From Spirochaetota bacterium (GTDB taxonomy: Bacteria > Spirochaetota > UBA4802 > UBA5550): DNA of 64,000 nt. Positions within the stretch are counted from its first letter, which is position 1. Each line of letters begins with the position of its first letter. This document shows positions 47,689 through 56,454 of this stretch, piece by piece. The position numbers and the translations under genes are program-made. The stretch is from assembly GCA_016933025.1 (NCBI GenBank), contig JAFGBT010000034.1, positions 518 to 64,517 of the forward strand, read 5' to 3'. Under the pieces are notes generated by a model. The model made no database searches and was not told where the DNA came from. It saw nothing but the letters and a program-made list of their open reading frames with translations.

Positions 47689-49677
47689 ATGACCGGATTA
47701 CGAATACTCAAGGGCGGAAAGGGCAGAATATTATCCGCCATCATGAACGCGATCATTCCCCGAGGCGGCGCATACGGGCCGGGAGCCGCCGACTTTGACT
47801 TACTACCCGCGGCCGAGGGCTTCGTGAAGTCAATGAATCTCCTGTTTCGGATCGGCTTTCCATTCCTCCTGCTGTACATGGAGTACGGCGCCCTGCTGAG
47901 GACCGGCAAGCGGTTAACCCGCCTTCCCGACGAGCTGGCGGCAGAATATCTCGAAAGCTTTGATGAGAGCAGATTTTATTACAGGCGCGCCATCATCCTT
48001 GCGCTGAAGATGATTGCCATGCTGGCCTTTTACGATCGGGATGAAAACGCCTCGCTCATCGGTTATTCGCACTGGAGCCACAGGGCGGCGAGGAAAAAGA
48101 GGGCGAAGGCCTCGCCGAAAGGCAAAAAAACGCCGGATGCCGCCGCAGGCATACGGCAGTTCGGGGACTACGCCGGCGATATACGAGAGGAGTGCGATGT
48201 CTGCGTTATCGGCAGCGGGGCAGGCGGCGCGGTGGCAGCGAAGGAGCTGGCCGAGAAGGGTCTCTCGGTCATTTTACTGGAGGAGGGGGGGCACTACACC
48301 CGCGACGACTGGAACGGCAAGCCGTTGTCGAGCCTCAGGTCGATGTGGCGGGACGGCGGTCTCACCGGCTCATTCGGAAGCCCCTTTGTCTCAATAACCC
48401 TGGGTAAGTGTATCGGCGGCACCACGGCCGTCAATTCGGCGACCTGCTTCCGGACGCCTGACGCCATTCTCAAGAAGTGGCGCACCGGGCTCGGGCTGGA
48501 TAACCTGACGCTGGCCGCGCTGCGGCCGTATTTCGAGCGGGTTGAAAAGGAACTGCATGTTACCACACTTTCCTGGGACGTCCTGGGAAACTGCGCCAAA
48601 ATAATAAAACGCGGCTGCGACCGGCTGGGCCTCTCCTGTCGGCCGCTCCGGCACAATGTAATCGAGTGCGCCGGTGCCGGCACCTGCCAGTTCGGGTGCC
48701 CTGAGAACGCCAAACAGAGCACGGATGTATCATACATTCCGCGGGCGGTGGCGCACGGCGCCCGCGTCTATGCAAACTGCCGCGCGGAAAAGCTGGTGAT
48801 CGGCGGGGCGGGGGTCGCGGGCGTCCGCGGGGCGCTGGTCGATCCCGCCCGGGACGACAAAAAGATTTACTCGATCGATGTGAAGGCGCGGGCGGTCGTG
48901 GTATCGTGCGGGAGCCTTATCACCCCGCAGTTGTTATGGAAGAGCGGAATCAAGAACAGGCACATTGGCAGGCATCTTCAGATACATCCGGCCGGCAGGG
49001 TATGCGCGCTGATGAAGGACAGGGTCGAGGGATGGAAGGGGGTATCGCAGGGGGCGTATGTAGACGACTACCATGACGAGGGTATCGCCCTGGAGGGCAT
49101 CTTTATACATCCCTCGATGATGCTCTCGTCCATGCCGGGCGTAGGCATGAAGCACAAGGACCTCGCGGTACAGTTCCCCCACCTGGCGGCCTTCGGGATT
49201 ATGATTCATGATTCCACCGAGGGCAGGGTCTATCCGTGGCGGCCGATGCGGCTCATTCTCTCGAAGTACATAATCCGGCGCGATGATGTCGAGAAGTTCA
49301 AAAAAGCGCTCGCCTATACGGCCAGGATATTTTTCGCGGCCGGAGCGAAGCAGGTATATACCGGCATATCGAGAATCCCCGTGCTTAACTCCATGGAGGA
49401 TGCGGAGAGGCTCCTGGGTATGAACATACGCGCCAGCCACCTGGAGATACTGGCGTTTCACCCCCTGGGAACCTGCCGCATGGCCGCCCGTGAGACGGAC
49501 GGGGTGGTGAACAGGCAGGGGGAGGTGTTCGGCGTGCCGAATCTGTACGTCGCGGACGGGAGTGTCGTGCCGACCTCGCTCGGCGTGAACCCCCAGATCA
49601 CCATCATGGCGCTGGCGACGTATATAGCGGACGGGATAGTGAAAAAACTGCGCCGGCGTGAAGACGGGGTTGCGTAA
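47689..49677 (+). CDS. GMC family oxidoreductase with N-terminal helical extension
   Basis: VIGSGAGG, GKCIGGTTAVN, CAGAGTCQFGC, FHPLGTCRM, VADGSVVPTSLGVNPQITIMA. Confidence 0.93.
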   Translation: MTGLRILKGGKGRILSAIMNAIIPRGGAYGPGAADFDLLPAAEGFVKSMNLLFRIGFPFLLLYMEYGALLRTGKRLTRLPDELAAEYLESFDESRFYYRRAIILALKMIAMLAFYDRDENASLIGYSHWSHRAARKKRAKASPKGKKTPDAAAGIRQFGDYAGDIREECDVCVIGSGAGGAVAAKELAEKGLSVILLEEGGHYTRDDWNGKPLSSLRSMWRDGGLTGSFGSPFVSITLGKCIGGTTAVNSATCFRTPDAILKKWRTGLGLDNLTLAALRPYFERVEKELHVTTLSWDVLGNCAKIIKRGCDRLGLSCRPLRHNVIECAGAGTCQFGCPENAKQSTDVSYIPRAVAHGARVYANCRAEKLVIGGAGVAGVRGALVDPARDDKKIYSIDVKARAVVVSCGSLITPQLLWKSGIKNRHIGRHLQIHPAGRVCALMKDRVEGWKGVSQGAYVDDYHDEGIALEGIFIHPSMMLSSMPGVGMKHKDLAVQFPHLAAFGIMIHDSTEGRVYPWRPMRLILSKYIIRRDDVEKFKKALAYTARIFFAAGAKQVYTGISRIPVLNSMEDAERLLGMNIRASHLEILAFHPLGTCRMAARETDGVVNRQGEVFGVPNLYVADGSVVPTSLGVNPQITIMALATYIADGIVKKLRRREDGVA

Positions 49678-49713
49678 CCCCGCCTTCACGCCGGCGGATC
49701 AAAGGAGGATATC

Positions 49714-50163
49714 ATGGAACTCACCAAAAACGAAACAATCATGAAATACACCGCCCTTGTCTATGCGGTGGTCTTCATCGTGGCCGTGCTGGTCTTCATC
49801 GTCATCCCGGAGGGGATGCTCGGAGCGATGAACGATATCTCGAGAGCTCTCTTCCCGTCGCTGCCGCTCGCGGCGGATTCGGGGAAGTTCTGGCTTTCCC
49901 TTACGGTCTCGATGATGGCGACCATAACCGCGCTTTCCCTCCTCATTTACAGGGACGTGAGAAGCAACTATCGAATGGCGGTGCCGCTCGTGACGGCGAA
50001 ATTCACCTCGTCTCTGTTAGGGCTCGGGTTTTTCCTGGCAGGCTTCGCGTGCGTCGATACGGCATGGAACACGCTGGCGAACCTTATCATACTCTTTTCT
50101 GATTTCCCTCTCGGCGTGCTGATGCTCGTGCTCTACCTGCAGGTCAGGAGGGAGCGGGCGTAA
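49714..50163 (+). CDS. Hypothetical 4-TM membrane protein
   Basis: Hydrophobic segments; aggagg RBS; inside the GMC operon. Confidence 0.75.
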   Translation: MELTKNETIMKYTALVYAVVFIVAVLVFIVIPEGMLGAMNDISRALFPSLPLAADSGKFWLSLTVSMMATITALSLLIYRDVRSNYRMAVPLVTAKFTSSLLGLGFFLAGFACVDTAWNTLANLIILFSDFPLGVLMLVLYLQVRRERA

Positions 50164-50200
50164 TGAGGCTGTCCATGCCGGCCGGGGATGGAGGTGCGAT

Positions 50201-51511
50201 ATGAGCGGTACGATAATTGTGGGAGCGGGAATCAACGGTCTTCTCCTCGGGGCGCTCCTCGCTCACGACGGCGAGCGGGTGACCGTTTTCGAGAGGAATT
50301 CATTTCCCGGCGGCAGGGCGTTCCTGCACGAGCGCGACGGTTTCACCATGGATTACGGGGTGCACCTCACGCGCTTCGGCCCGGCGAGCGCGCTCGCGAC
50401 GATCATGAGGCGGATCGGCGCGGAGGTGTCGTTCAGGAAGCTGGGCCCCTCGTATGTCATCGACCATAACGGCAGGAAGGTCCTTTTCCCCACCAGCCCC
50501 GACGGAATATTTAAAAGCAGCATGTTCTCGCTGGCCGAAAAGGTACGGCTTATCGGTCTGCTCCTCAAGATAAAGAAGGGAATGCTCAATGACGGCCTGA
50601 TGGAGACCTCGCTGCGGGACTGGATGAACATGAATCGGGTAACCGGCGGCGTGCGGAGATATCTCGAACTCCTGAGCGCCTCCGTGATGGTATGCCCGTT
50701 TATCGAGCAGACATCGGCAGGGGAGATGTTTCGTAATTTATACAGGGTCTTCACGACCGGACATTCGGCGGAATACCTGTCGGGCGGGTGGAAGCCCGTC
50801 TACGAGGCGCTCATCGGCGAGATACGGAAAAACGGCTCGATTCACTTCGGCAAAAAGGTCGATTCGGTCATCATCAATAAAGGGAGGGCGGCCGGCGTGA
50901 AGGCGGCCGGCAAGAAGCATACGGCTGAGCGCGTCGTGATTAACCTTCCGGTTCAGGAGCTCTTCACCATACTGCCGGAGTCGAAATTCGACAGGGAATA
51001 CGTTACGCTGTGCAAGAACCTGGTGCCGACCTCCGGCATATTTTTTGATATTGCCCTGAAGAAGAAAATAGCCGATTATAACGGGCTTCTGTACACCTAC
51101 CGGCCGATGGCCTATGGGATGCTGACGTCGAACCTGGCGGCGGGCCTTGCGCCCGTGGGCGCCCAGATACTCACCATGCTGTATCCCACGACCATGGAGG
51201 ACATTCGGGACGCCACGATCCGCATGGAAAGAAAAGAGGAGCTTTGGACGGCGATCAGGAAATATTTCCCGGATATCAGCGATCACATTCTCTGGACCCG
51301 GGTCTCATGCCTCAGGATGGTCGATGGCGCCCAGGTCAACATCCGCCAGACGGAAGACCGGCGGCCCGGCCCGTCGGTTCCGGGCATCGCCGGTCTCTAC
51401 CTTGTCGGGGACTCCATAGCGGCCCCGGGAGCCGGCGGAGACGTGGGCAACGAGTCGGTTCTGCTTACCTACAGGGCCATGACGGGAACCGTGTTGACGA
51501 ATGCGGGGTAG
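50201..51511 (+). CDS. FAD-dependent oxidoreductase (phytoene desaturase/amine oxidase family)
   Basis: IIVGAGINGL, VFER...GGRA, DYGVH, GLYLVGDS. Confidence 0.88.
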   Translation: MSGTIIVGAGINGLLLGALLAHDGERVTVFERNSFPGGRAFLHERDGFTMDYGVHLTRFGPASALATIMRRIGAEVSFRKLGPSYVIDHNGRKVLFPTSPDGIFKSSMFSLAEKVRLIGLLLKIKKGMLNDGLMETSLRDWMNMNRVTGGVRRYLELLSASVMVCPFIEQTSAGEMFRNLYRVFTTGHSAEYLSGGWKPVYEALIGEIRKNGSIHFGKKVDSVIINKGRAAGVKAAGKKHTAERVVINLPVQELFTILPESKFDREYVTLCKNLVPTSGIFFDIALKKKIADYNGLLYTYRPMAYGMLTSNLAAGLAPVGAQILTMLYPTTMEDIRDATIRMERKEELWTAIRKYFPDISDHILWTRVSCLRMVDGAQVNIRQTEDRRPGPSVPGIAGLYLVGDSIAAPGAGGDVGNESVLLTYRAMTGTVLTNAG

Positions 51512-51541
51512 AGCGGCCGATATGGCGATGGTGCCGTGCGG

Positions 51542-51871
51542 CTATGACAGTATGCGGCGGACGTTCCGCTCGTCATATCTGAGGAGGATTTTTTCCGCGA
51601 GCACTTCCAGTATGACAAGTGGGGGATTTGTGACAGAAAGACCCGCGTAATTTACCCCGGTAATGACTTCCGCCATTTTTTCCAGAATCAGCCCGACGCC
51701 GGGGTTCAGCAGCTTCGCAGTGATGAAGGCTTCCCGTTTTTTCCCGTTGTAGTTTATCTGTATGGTGTCTTTGACCATCTCCCCTTTCCAGCCGTAGGTG
51801 GCCTCGACGGACATGTGCACCATTGAATTGTCCTCGCCGTGCCTGTAGATTTTAGAAAGTACGAGTTCCAT
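51542..51871 (-). CDS. Hypothetical protein
   Basis: Clean ORF with GAGGTG RBS, downstream of the cNMP-domain gene. Confidence 0.6.
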   Translation of the reverse strand: MELVLSKIYRHGEDNSMVHMSVEATYGWKGEMVKDTIQINYNGKKREAFITAKLLNPGVGLILEKMAEVITGVNYAGLSVTNPPLVILEVLAEKILLRYDERNVRRILS

Positions 51872-51932
51872 GACTCTCACCTCGCGATCGGACGGAACAG
51901 GGATCGAATTCTCGTAATCCCCGCGCGCCGCA

Positions 51933-52469
51933 TCATTTCGTCTCCGATATTTCCTCGACGAGGGCCGAGAAGAGCGTGATTATATCGGTGTTGGATTTTC
52001 TTAAATTAGCGCTGAGCTGTCTGGCCAGCGACCTCGTGACGGTGAGCCCCGCGGTCGGATTCTCGTCCCCGAACTTAATGAAATCCTCCCGGGTTATCAC
52101 GAGGCAGTCGCAATCGGTCTGGGCGAGCACGGAGGCCGAACGGCGGTCGTTGTCGATGAGAGCCATCTCCCCGACGTTGATGCTGCCGATATCGGCGTTC
52201 ATCGTGGTGACCATGTATTCCTCGTTCTGCATGGTGTTCTTTACGATATTTATTATCCCGCTCAGCAGGATAAAGAGCTCGTCGCCGTAATCGCCCTCGC
52301 GGATGATGTACTTCCCGCTCCGGTACATCCTCCGCCTGCACATGCCGGCGATTTTCCTCATCATGTCGATATCATTCGCGAGCATTGAGAAGAAGGGGAC
52401 TTCCTTCAATTTGCCGAGTATGAAATCGCTGCTCTCGCTCACTGTTTTTGATCGCTTAAACAACGGCAT
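51933..52469 (-). CDS. Stand-alone cyclic nucleotide-binding domain protein
   Basis: IIREGDYGDELFIL, VGEMALIDNDRRSASV; no HTH. Confidence 0.9.
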   Translation of the reverse strand: MPLFKRSKTVSESSDFILGKLKEVPFFSMLANDIDMMRKIAGMCRRRMYRSGKYIIREGDYGDELFILLSGIINIVKNTMQNEEYMVTTMNADIGSINVGEMALIDNDRRSASVLAQTDCDCLVITREDFIKFGDENPTAGLTVTRSLARQLSANLRKSNTDIITLFSALVEEISETK

Positions 52470-53823
52470 GGTCGTTTTCTTCCTTAAATTGATTATACGA
52501 TTTTTGAGCACGTCCCTCTATTAAAATCGCCCTCGTGTATCTCTGTATGATATGGTCGGATAGGGGATTGATGATCGGCATGTTGGGTATCAGCTGCTTG
52601 GCGACCTTGAGGTTGTCCACGAGTTTTGAAATGTCCGGGGTTTTTTGGGCATCCCGGATCGCCTCGGTTCTACGCGAGTAGAAGTTCCCCGTGTTTTCAA
52701 GGATGCCGATCAGTATCGAACGGTCCCGGCCGATGTAGTAATCATAGAGCTCCCCGTAGGATTTGCCGATGAATTTCGCGGGGACTTCTTGGGTCGTTAT
52801 GCTGACCTCCGCTTTAGGACTCAAAAGCTCGCTGATGACCTGCGATATGCCGCTGCCGGAGGAAGCGTTTGCGATGATGGACCGGTTGTGCTCGGTGGAG
52901 AGAATGATTTCATCGCAGTTGGAAAACCTCAGGTACCGCTCGAACTTCTCGTCCAGGATCTCGGCGCAGGTGTAGATGGTCTTGGATATTGATTTGATGG
53001 TAATGATCGCCATGACGGTGCGCGAATCGACCTCCTGAACGGATCCCTGCACCAGACGGTCCGCGAATACGACCGCCCGCGCCGCCTGCTTGAGGTTCGC
53101 GCGGTTGAGTACCCGCTCGTCTATGTAGTCGCCGTGAATATAGTTTATATGGGCAAATTTTGGTTCTGACCTCAGATTTTCAATTTCAGCCGGGTCGGCC
53201 GTGTTGATCAGAACGAATTCGGACGGCAGGAAATTCTTGTTCTTCTCCATTATATGATAGAGGACGTCGGCCATGTCCCGCTTCCATCCGCAGATAATAA
53301 AATGTTTCCGTAGATTTAATTCCTTCAACCCGCGTCCCTCCTTCAATTGTCTCTCGATAAGCGCAGATGCGATGTTACCGGTAACGACACCGACCAGGGA
53401 GACACCGAAGAACATAAGCAGAATACCCGTGAGTCGTCCCATGGCTGATTTTGGATAGTAATCGCCGTATCCTACGGTGGTGGACGTGACGAATGCCCAC
53501 CAGACCGCGTCCTTTATGGACCTGATGTTGCCGGAACCGGATGTGTCCTCGACCTTCTTCCCCTTTTCATATTTATAGACGATATGCCTGCTTTCGAAGT
53601 AGTAGGCCGCCACCGATAACATCGCGAGGAATATGAATGCGGCCAGCAGGAGCTTGAAGAAAAAGTTTCTGGCGACCCTGAGAAGGACGTATCTGAGTGT
53701 TTTACTCTTAAAAAACCTGCCTTCGGCACGGGTCTTCTCCGAGGCGCCCTCCTTCCCGGGAATCAGGGCGCGCAGACCATTCCGTAGTTTATCAAAAAAA
53801 AAGGATAATTTTTTTAGAAACAT
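52456..53823 (-). CDS. 2-TM potassium channel with RCK (TrkA-N-like) domain
   Basis: WWAFVTSTTVGYGD selectivity filter; HFIICGW, LNRANL, DSRTVM, TCAEI. Confidence 0.92.
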   Translation of the reverse strand: MFLKKLSFFFDKLRNGLRALIPGKEGASEKTRAEGRFFKSKTLRYVLLRVARNFFFKLLLAAFIFLAMLSVAAYYFESRHIVYKYEKGKKVEDTSGSGNIRSIKDAVWWAFVTSTTVGYGDYYPKSAMGRLTGILLMFFGVSLVGVVTGNIASALIERQLKEGRGLKELNLRKHFIICGWKRDMADVLYHIMEKNKNFLPSEFVLINTADPAEIENLRSEPKFAHINYIHGDYIDERVLNRANLKQAARAVVFADRLVQGSVQEVDSRTVMAIITIKSISKTIYTCAEILDEKFERYLRFSNCDEIILSTEHNRSIIANASSGSGISQVISELLSPKAEVSITTQEVPAKFIGKSYGELYDYYIGRDRSILIGILENTGNFYSRRTEAIRDAQKTPDISKLVDNLKVAKQLIPNMPIINPLSDHIIQRYTRAILIEGRAQKSYNQFKEENDHAVV

Positions 53824-54006
53824 GATTTGGCAGACAGACTTCATTTTTTCAGGGGATTATCCCCTTCAGATATATTGTCGATAGAAAGGTAATAATAAAT
53901 AACATAGTTTCCTTCAATTTTAATATAAAAATTCCTTTTTTTATTCACACCAATATGTTATTTGAGTATATTTACATTGTAGGTTTTTACATCAAGGAGT
54001 TATGCC

Positions 54007-54432
54007 ATGGTATGTCCACGATGCAGAAAAGACCTGTCAAGGGAGACCAGGGAGGGGGAGGAAATACTGGTATGCCGTTCATGCGACGGCATGTGGCTCC
54101 ATCGGCACCAGCTCAATAACCTCCTGAAAGAGAGCGGCGGAGACGTTGAGCTCTGCTCGTATAGCACCCATCCCGTTAAAGAAGGCGGCCGCGCGATAAA
54201 ATGCCGGGATTGTAAAACTGTTGATATGGAAAAGATCAATTTTCTCGAGTATTCCAATATAGTTATAGACCGATGCCCCTCCTGCGGCTCTTTCTGGCTT
54301 GATAAAAAAGAGCTGGAAAACATGCATGTGTATATCAGGAAGGTGGAAGAGGGGAGTCATCGCGTCGATGATTTTTCAGCATATACACTGCTCATGAAGC
54401 TGAGCAAGATTGCCTATTCGATATTTCACTGA
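54007..54432 (+). CDS. Tandem zf-TFIIB-like zinc-ribbon protein
   Basis: CPRC...CRSCDGMWL and CRDC...IDRCPSCGSFWLDKKEL. Confidence 0.85.
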   Translation: MVCPRCRKDLSRETREGEEILVCRSCDGMWLHRHQLNNLLKESGGDVELCSYSTHPVKEGGRAIKCRDCKTVDMEKINFLEYSNIVIDRCPSCGSFWLDKKELENMHVYIRKVEEGSHRVDDFSAYTLLMKLSKIAYSIFH

Positions 54433-54641
54433 AGATTCCCGTTTCGGGTCATTCATCCTGCAAAGAATAGTGCACGGCAATTAACGAGAGGAGTAAAGCA
54501 TACCTATATTATTCTTGACTTCCATACGAAATACGGTAACCTTCGACAATTAAATTCTTCATAGTATAAAAAAACAAGGCTCGTGGCGCCAGGGATAGTC
54601 TTGTTACCTGGCCGGATGACAATATTATGTGGAGTGGCAAC

Positions 54642-55319
54642 ATGAGAAAAATTATAGCATGCGCGGCGGCAGTTTTCGTTACCATGGGGGGTTGTGTCAC
54701 CATGCCGGATCCGGTGCCGGATGAATACCTTGTAGATAAAACAGCAGATCAGGAGAAAACCCTTGAGAAGCTGGAAAATGCGGTTATCGCAAAGAACCAC
54801 GAAGCCCGCACCATGAAGGAAAAACTTCAGGAGGCCGAAAAACAGCTCAAGGTCGAGGAGGGGCGGCTCGGCATTTTAAAAAACGAAAAGAAACTTCTCG
54901 AGGAAAAGCACAAGCAGTATAAACTTGAGGACGACACCGTGAGAATAGACGAAAACCTCAAGATGATGGTAGCCATGGAGAACGAGATCCAGGCGCAGAA
55001 CAATCGTGTAAACCACGCTGAGGCTGTACGGGATTACGCTGCTGCACAGAAGGAAGTGGCCGAGGCCGGCCTCTCGGTCCAGGTGGCGGAATTGCGATAC
55101 GAGAGGGCGCAGATTGCCAGGGACTACCTGGTTAAACGTCATGCCGCTGTGACCGATCTGAAGGATAAGAAAACCGGCCTTGATGTGCCCCCTGACAGGT
55201 ATGACGAGAAATACAGGATATACCTTGACAAGCAGCGTGATATTCTGGCGAAAAAAAGAGCCGCTCGCGACGAGGCGGCGGCCAAGGTTAAAATCGCAGA
55301 AGACAAACTGGTTAAATAA
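54642..55319 (+). CDS. Coiled-coil lipoprotein
   Basis: Lipobox TMGGC; E/K/A-rich heptads. Confidence 0.75.
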   Translation: MRKIIACAAAVFVTMGGCVTMPDPVPDEYLVDKTADQEKTLEKLENAVIAKNHEARTMKEKLQEAEKQLKVEEGRLGILKNEKKLLEEKHKQYKLEDDTVRIDENLKMMVAMENEIQAQNNRVNHAEAVRDYAAAQKEVAEAGLSVQVAELRYERAQIARDYLVKRHAAVTDLKDKKTGLDVPPDRYDEKYRIYLDKQRDILAKKRAARDEAAAKVKIAEDKLVK

Positions 55320-55331
55320 GGCTATAATGAA

Positions 55332-56381
55332 ATGAAAAAAACGTTATTTATAAAATGTGCCATTGTGACAAGCTTGCTGTCGTTTTTTATAACGGCGGGA
55401 GACGGGAGTCTCCATGGGGCTCTCCTCTACACGGCGACACAGTACAACAAACTCTACAATGAGAACGTGGCGCTCCAGCTTGAGCTTGATTCCCTCAAGC
55501 GGCAGTATGGCAACGACAAGGCGAATCTCGAGGCGAAGATCGCCGATCTCAACAACAGGATAAGCGGACTCGAACGTGAGCTTGACAACCTCCGGAAAGA
55601 ACAGCAAAGCGACCGCGACCAGGCGGCGCGGAGAATCAAGGAGCTCGAGGACATGACCGAGCTGTTGAAGAAAAAGGGGAGCGATCGGGAACAGCAGCTG
55701 ATCGAGGAAAACCAGAAATTGCAAAAACGCTGCGAAGAGGACCTTGTGAAGCTGCGCGACGATCTCACGGCGGAGCGGGACAAGCATGTTAAAGAGCTCG
55801 GCGACCTGCGAAGCGCGTACGAGAAAAAAATTGCGGAGATGCATAAAGAAATCAACAATCTCAACAACGAGTTGAGCACTCTCAAGAAGCTGACGGAAAA
55901 GCAGAAGGAAGAGCTGGATCGCATGGAAGACCAGGCCAAGGAGCTTGAAAAGCAGCTTGCCGAGGAGATACAAAAGGGCGAGATCACCCTCAAGCGGTTC
56001 CACGACAAGCTCATCATCAATATTGACGAGAAAATCTGTTTTGATTCGGGGAAGGCGGATTTGAAGAGAGACGTTATGCCCGCGCTTACGAAGATCACCG
56101 CCATATTGAACAATTATCCCGAGAACAGGATCATCATTGAAGGTCATACGGACAATGTACCCATCAGCACCAGCAGGTTCAGAGACAACTGGCAGCTCTC
56201 GACCGAGCGGGCGCTGTCGGTGCTCAACTATATCCTTCGCGAGAAAAGGCTTAACCCGGCCCGATTCTCGGCGGCCGGATACGGCGAATTCAACCCGATC
56301 CTTCCGAACGATACGCCGGAGAACCGGGCGCTGAACAGGCGAGTTGATATTGTTGTCGTGCCGCGCCTGTCTGGCAAGTAG
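55332..56381 (+). CDS. OmpA/MotB-family peptidoglycan-binding protein with a long coiled coil
   Basis: IEGHTDNVPI, NWQLSTERA, AGYGEFNP, NRRVDIV. Lacks the MotB TM Asp motif; no motA nearby. Confidence 0.88.
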   Translation: MKKTLFIKCAIVTSLLSFFITAGDGSLHGALLYTATQYNKLYNENVALQLELDSLKRQYGNDKANLEAKIADLNNRISGLERELDNLRKEQQSDRDQAARRIKELEDMTELLKKKGSDREQQLIEENQKLQKRCEEDLVKLRDDLTAERDKHVKELGDLRSAYEKKIAEMHKEINNLNNELSTLKKLTEKQKEELDRMEDQAKELEKQLAEEIQKGEITLKRFHDKLIINIDEKICFDSGKADLKRDVMPALTKITAILNNYPENRIIIEGHTDNVPISTSRFRDNWQLSTERALSVLNYILREKRLNPARFSAAGYGEFNPILPNDTPENRALNRRVDIVVVPRLSGK

Positions 56382-56454
56382 GCATTGTTCTTGACTTTCC
56401 GGGAATGCCGTGCTTACCTGATGGCGGGGAAACCCGATTTATCCCGGCCGGCAT

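Noticed and set aside
55332-56381. Calling this gene motB
   Set aside because: No conserved TM aspartate motif and no adjacent motA; only the PG-binding domain is shared.
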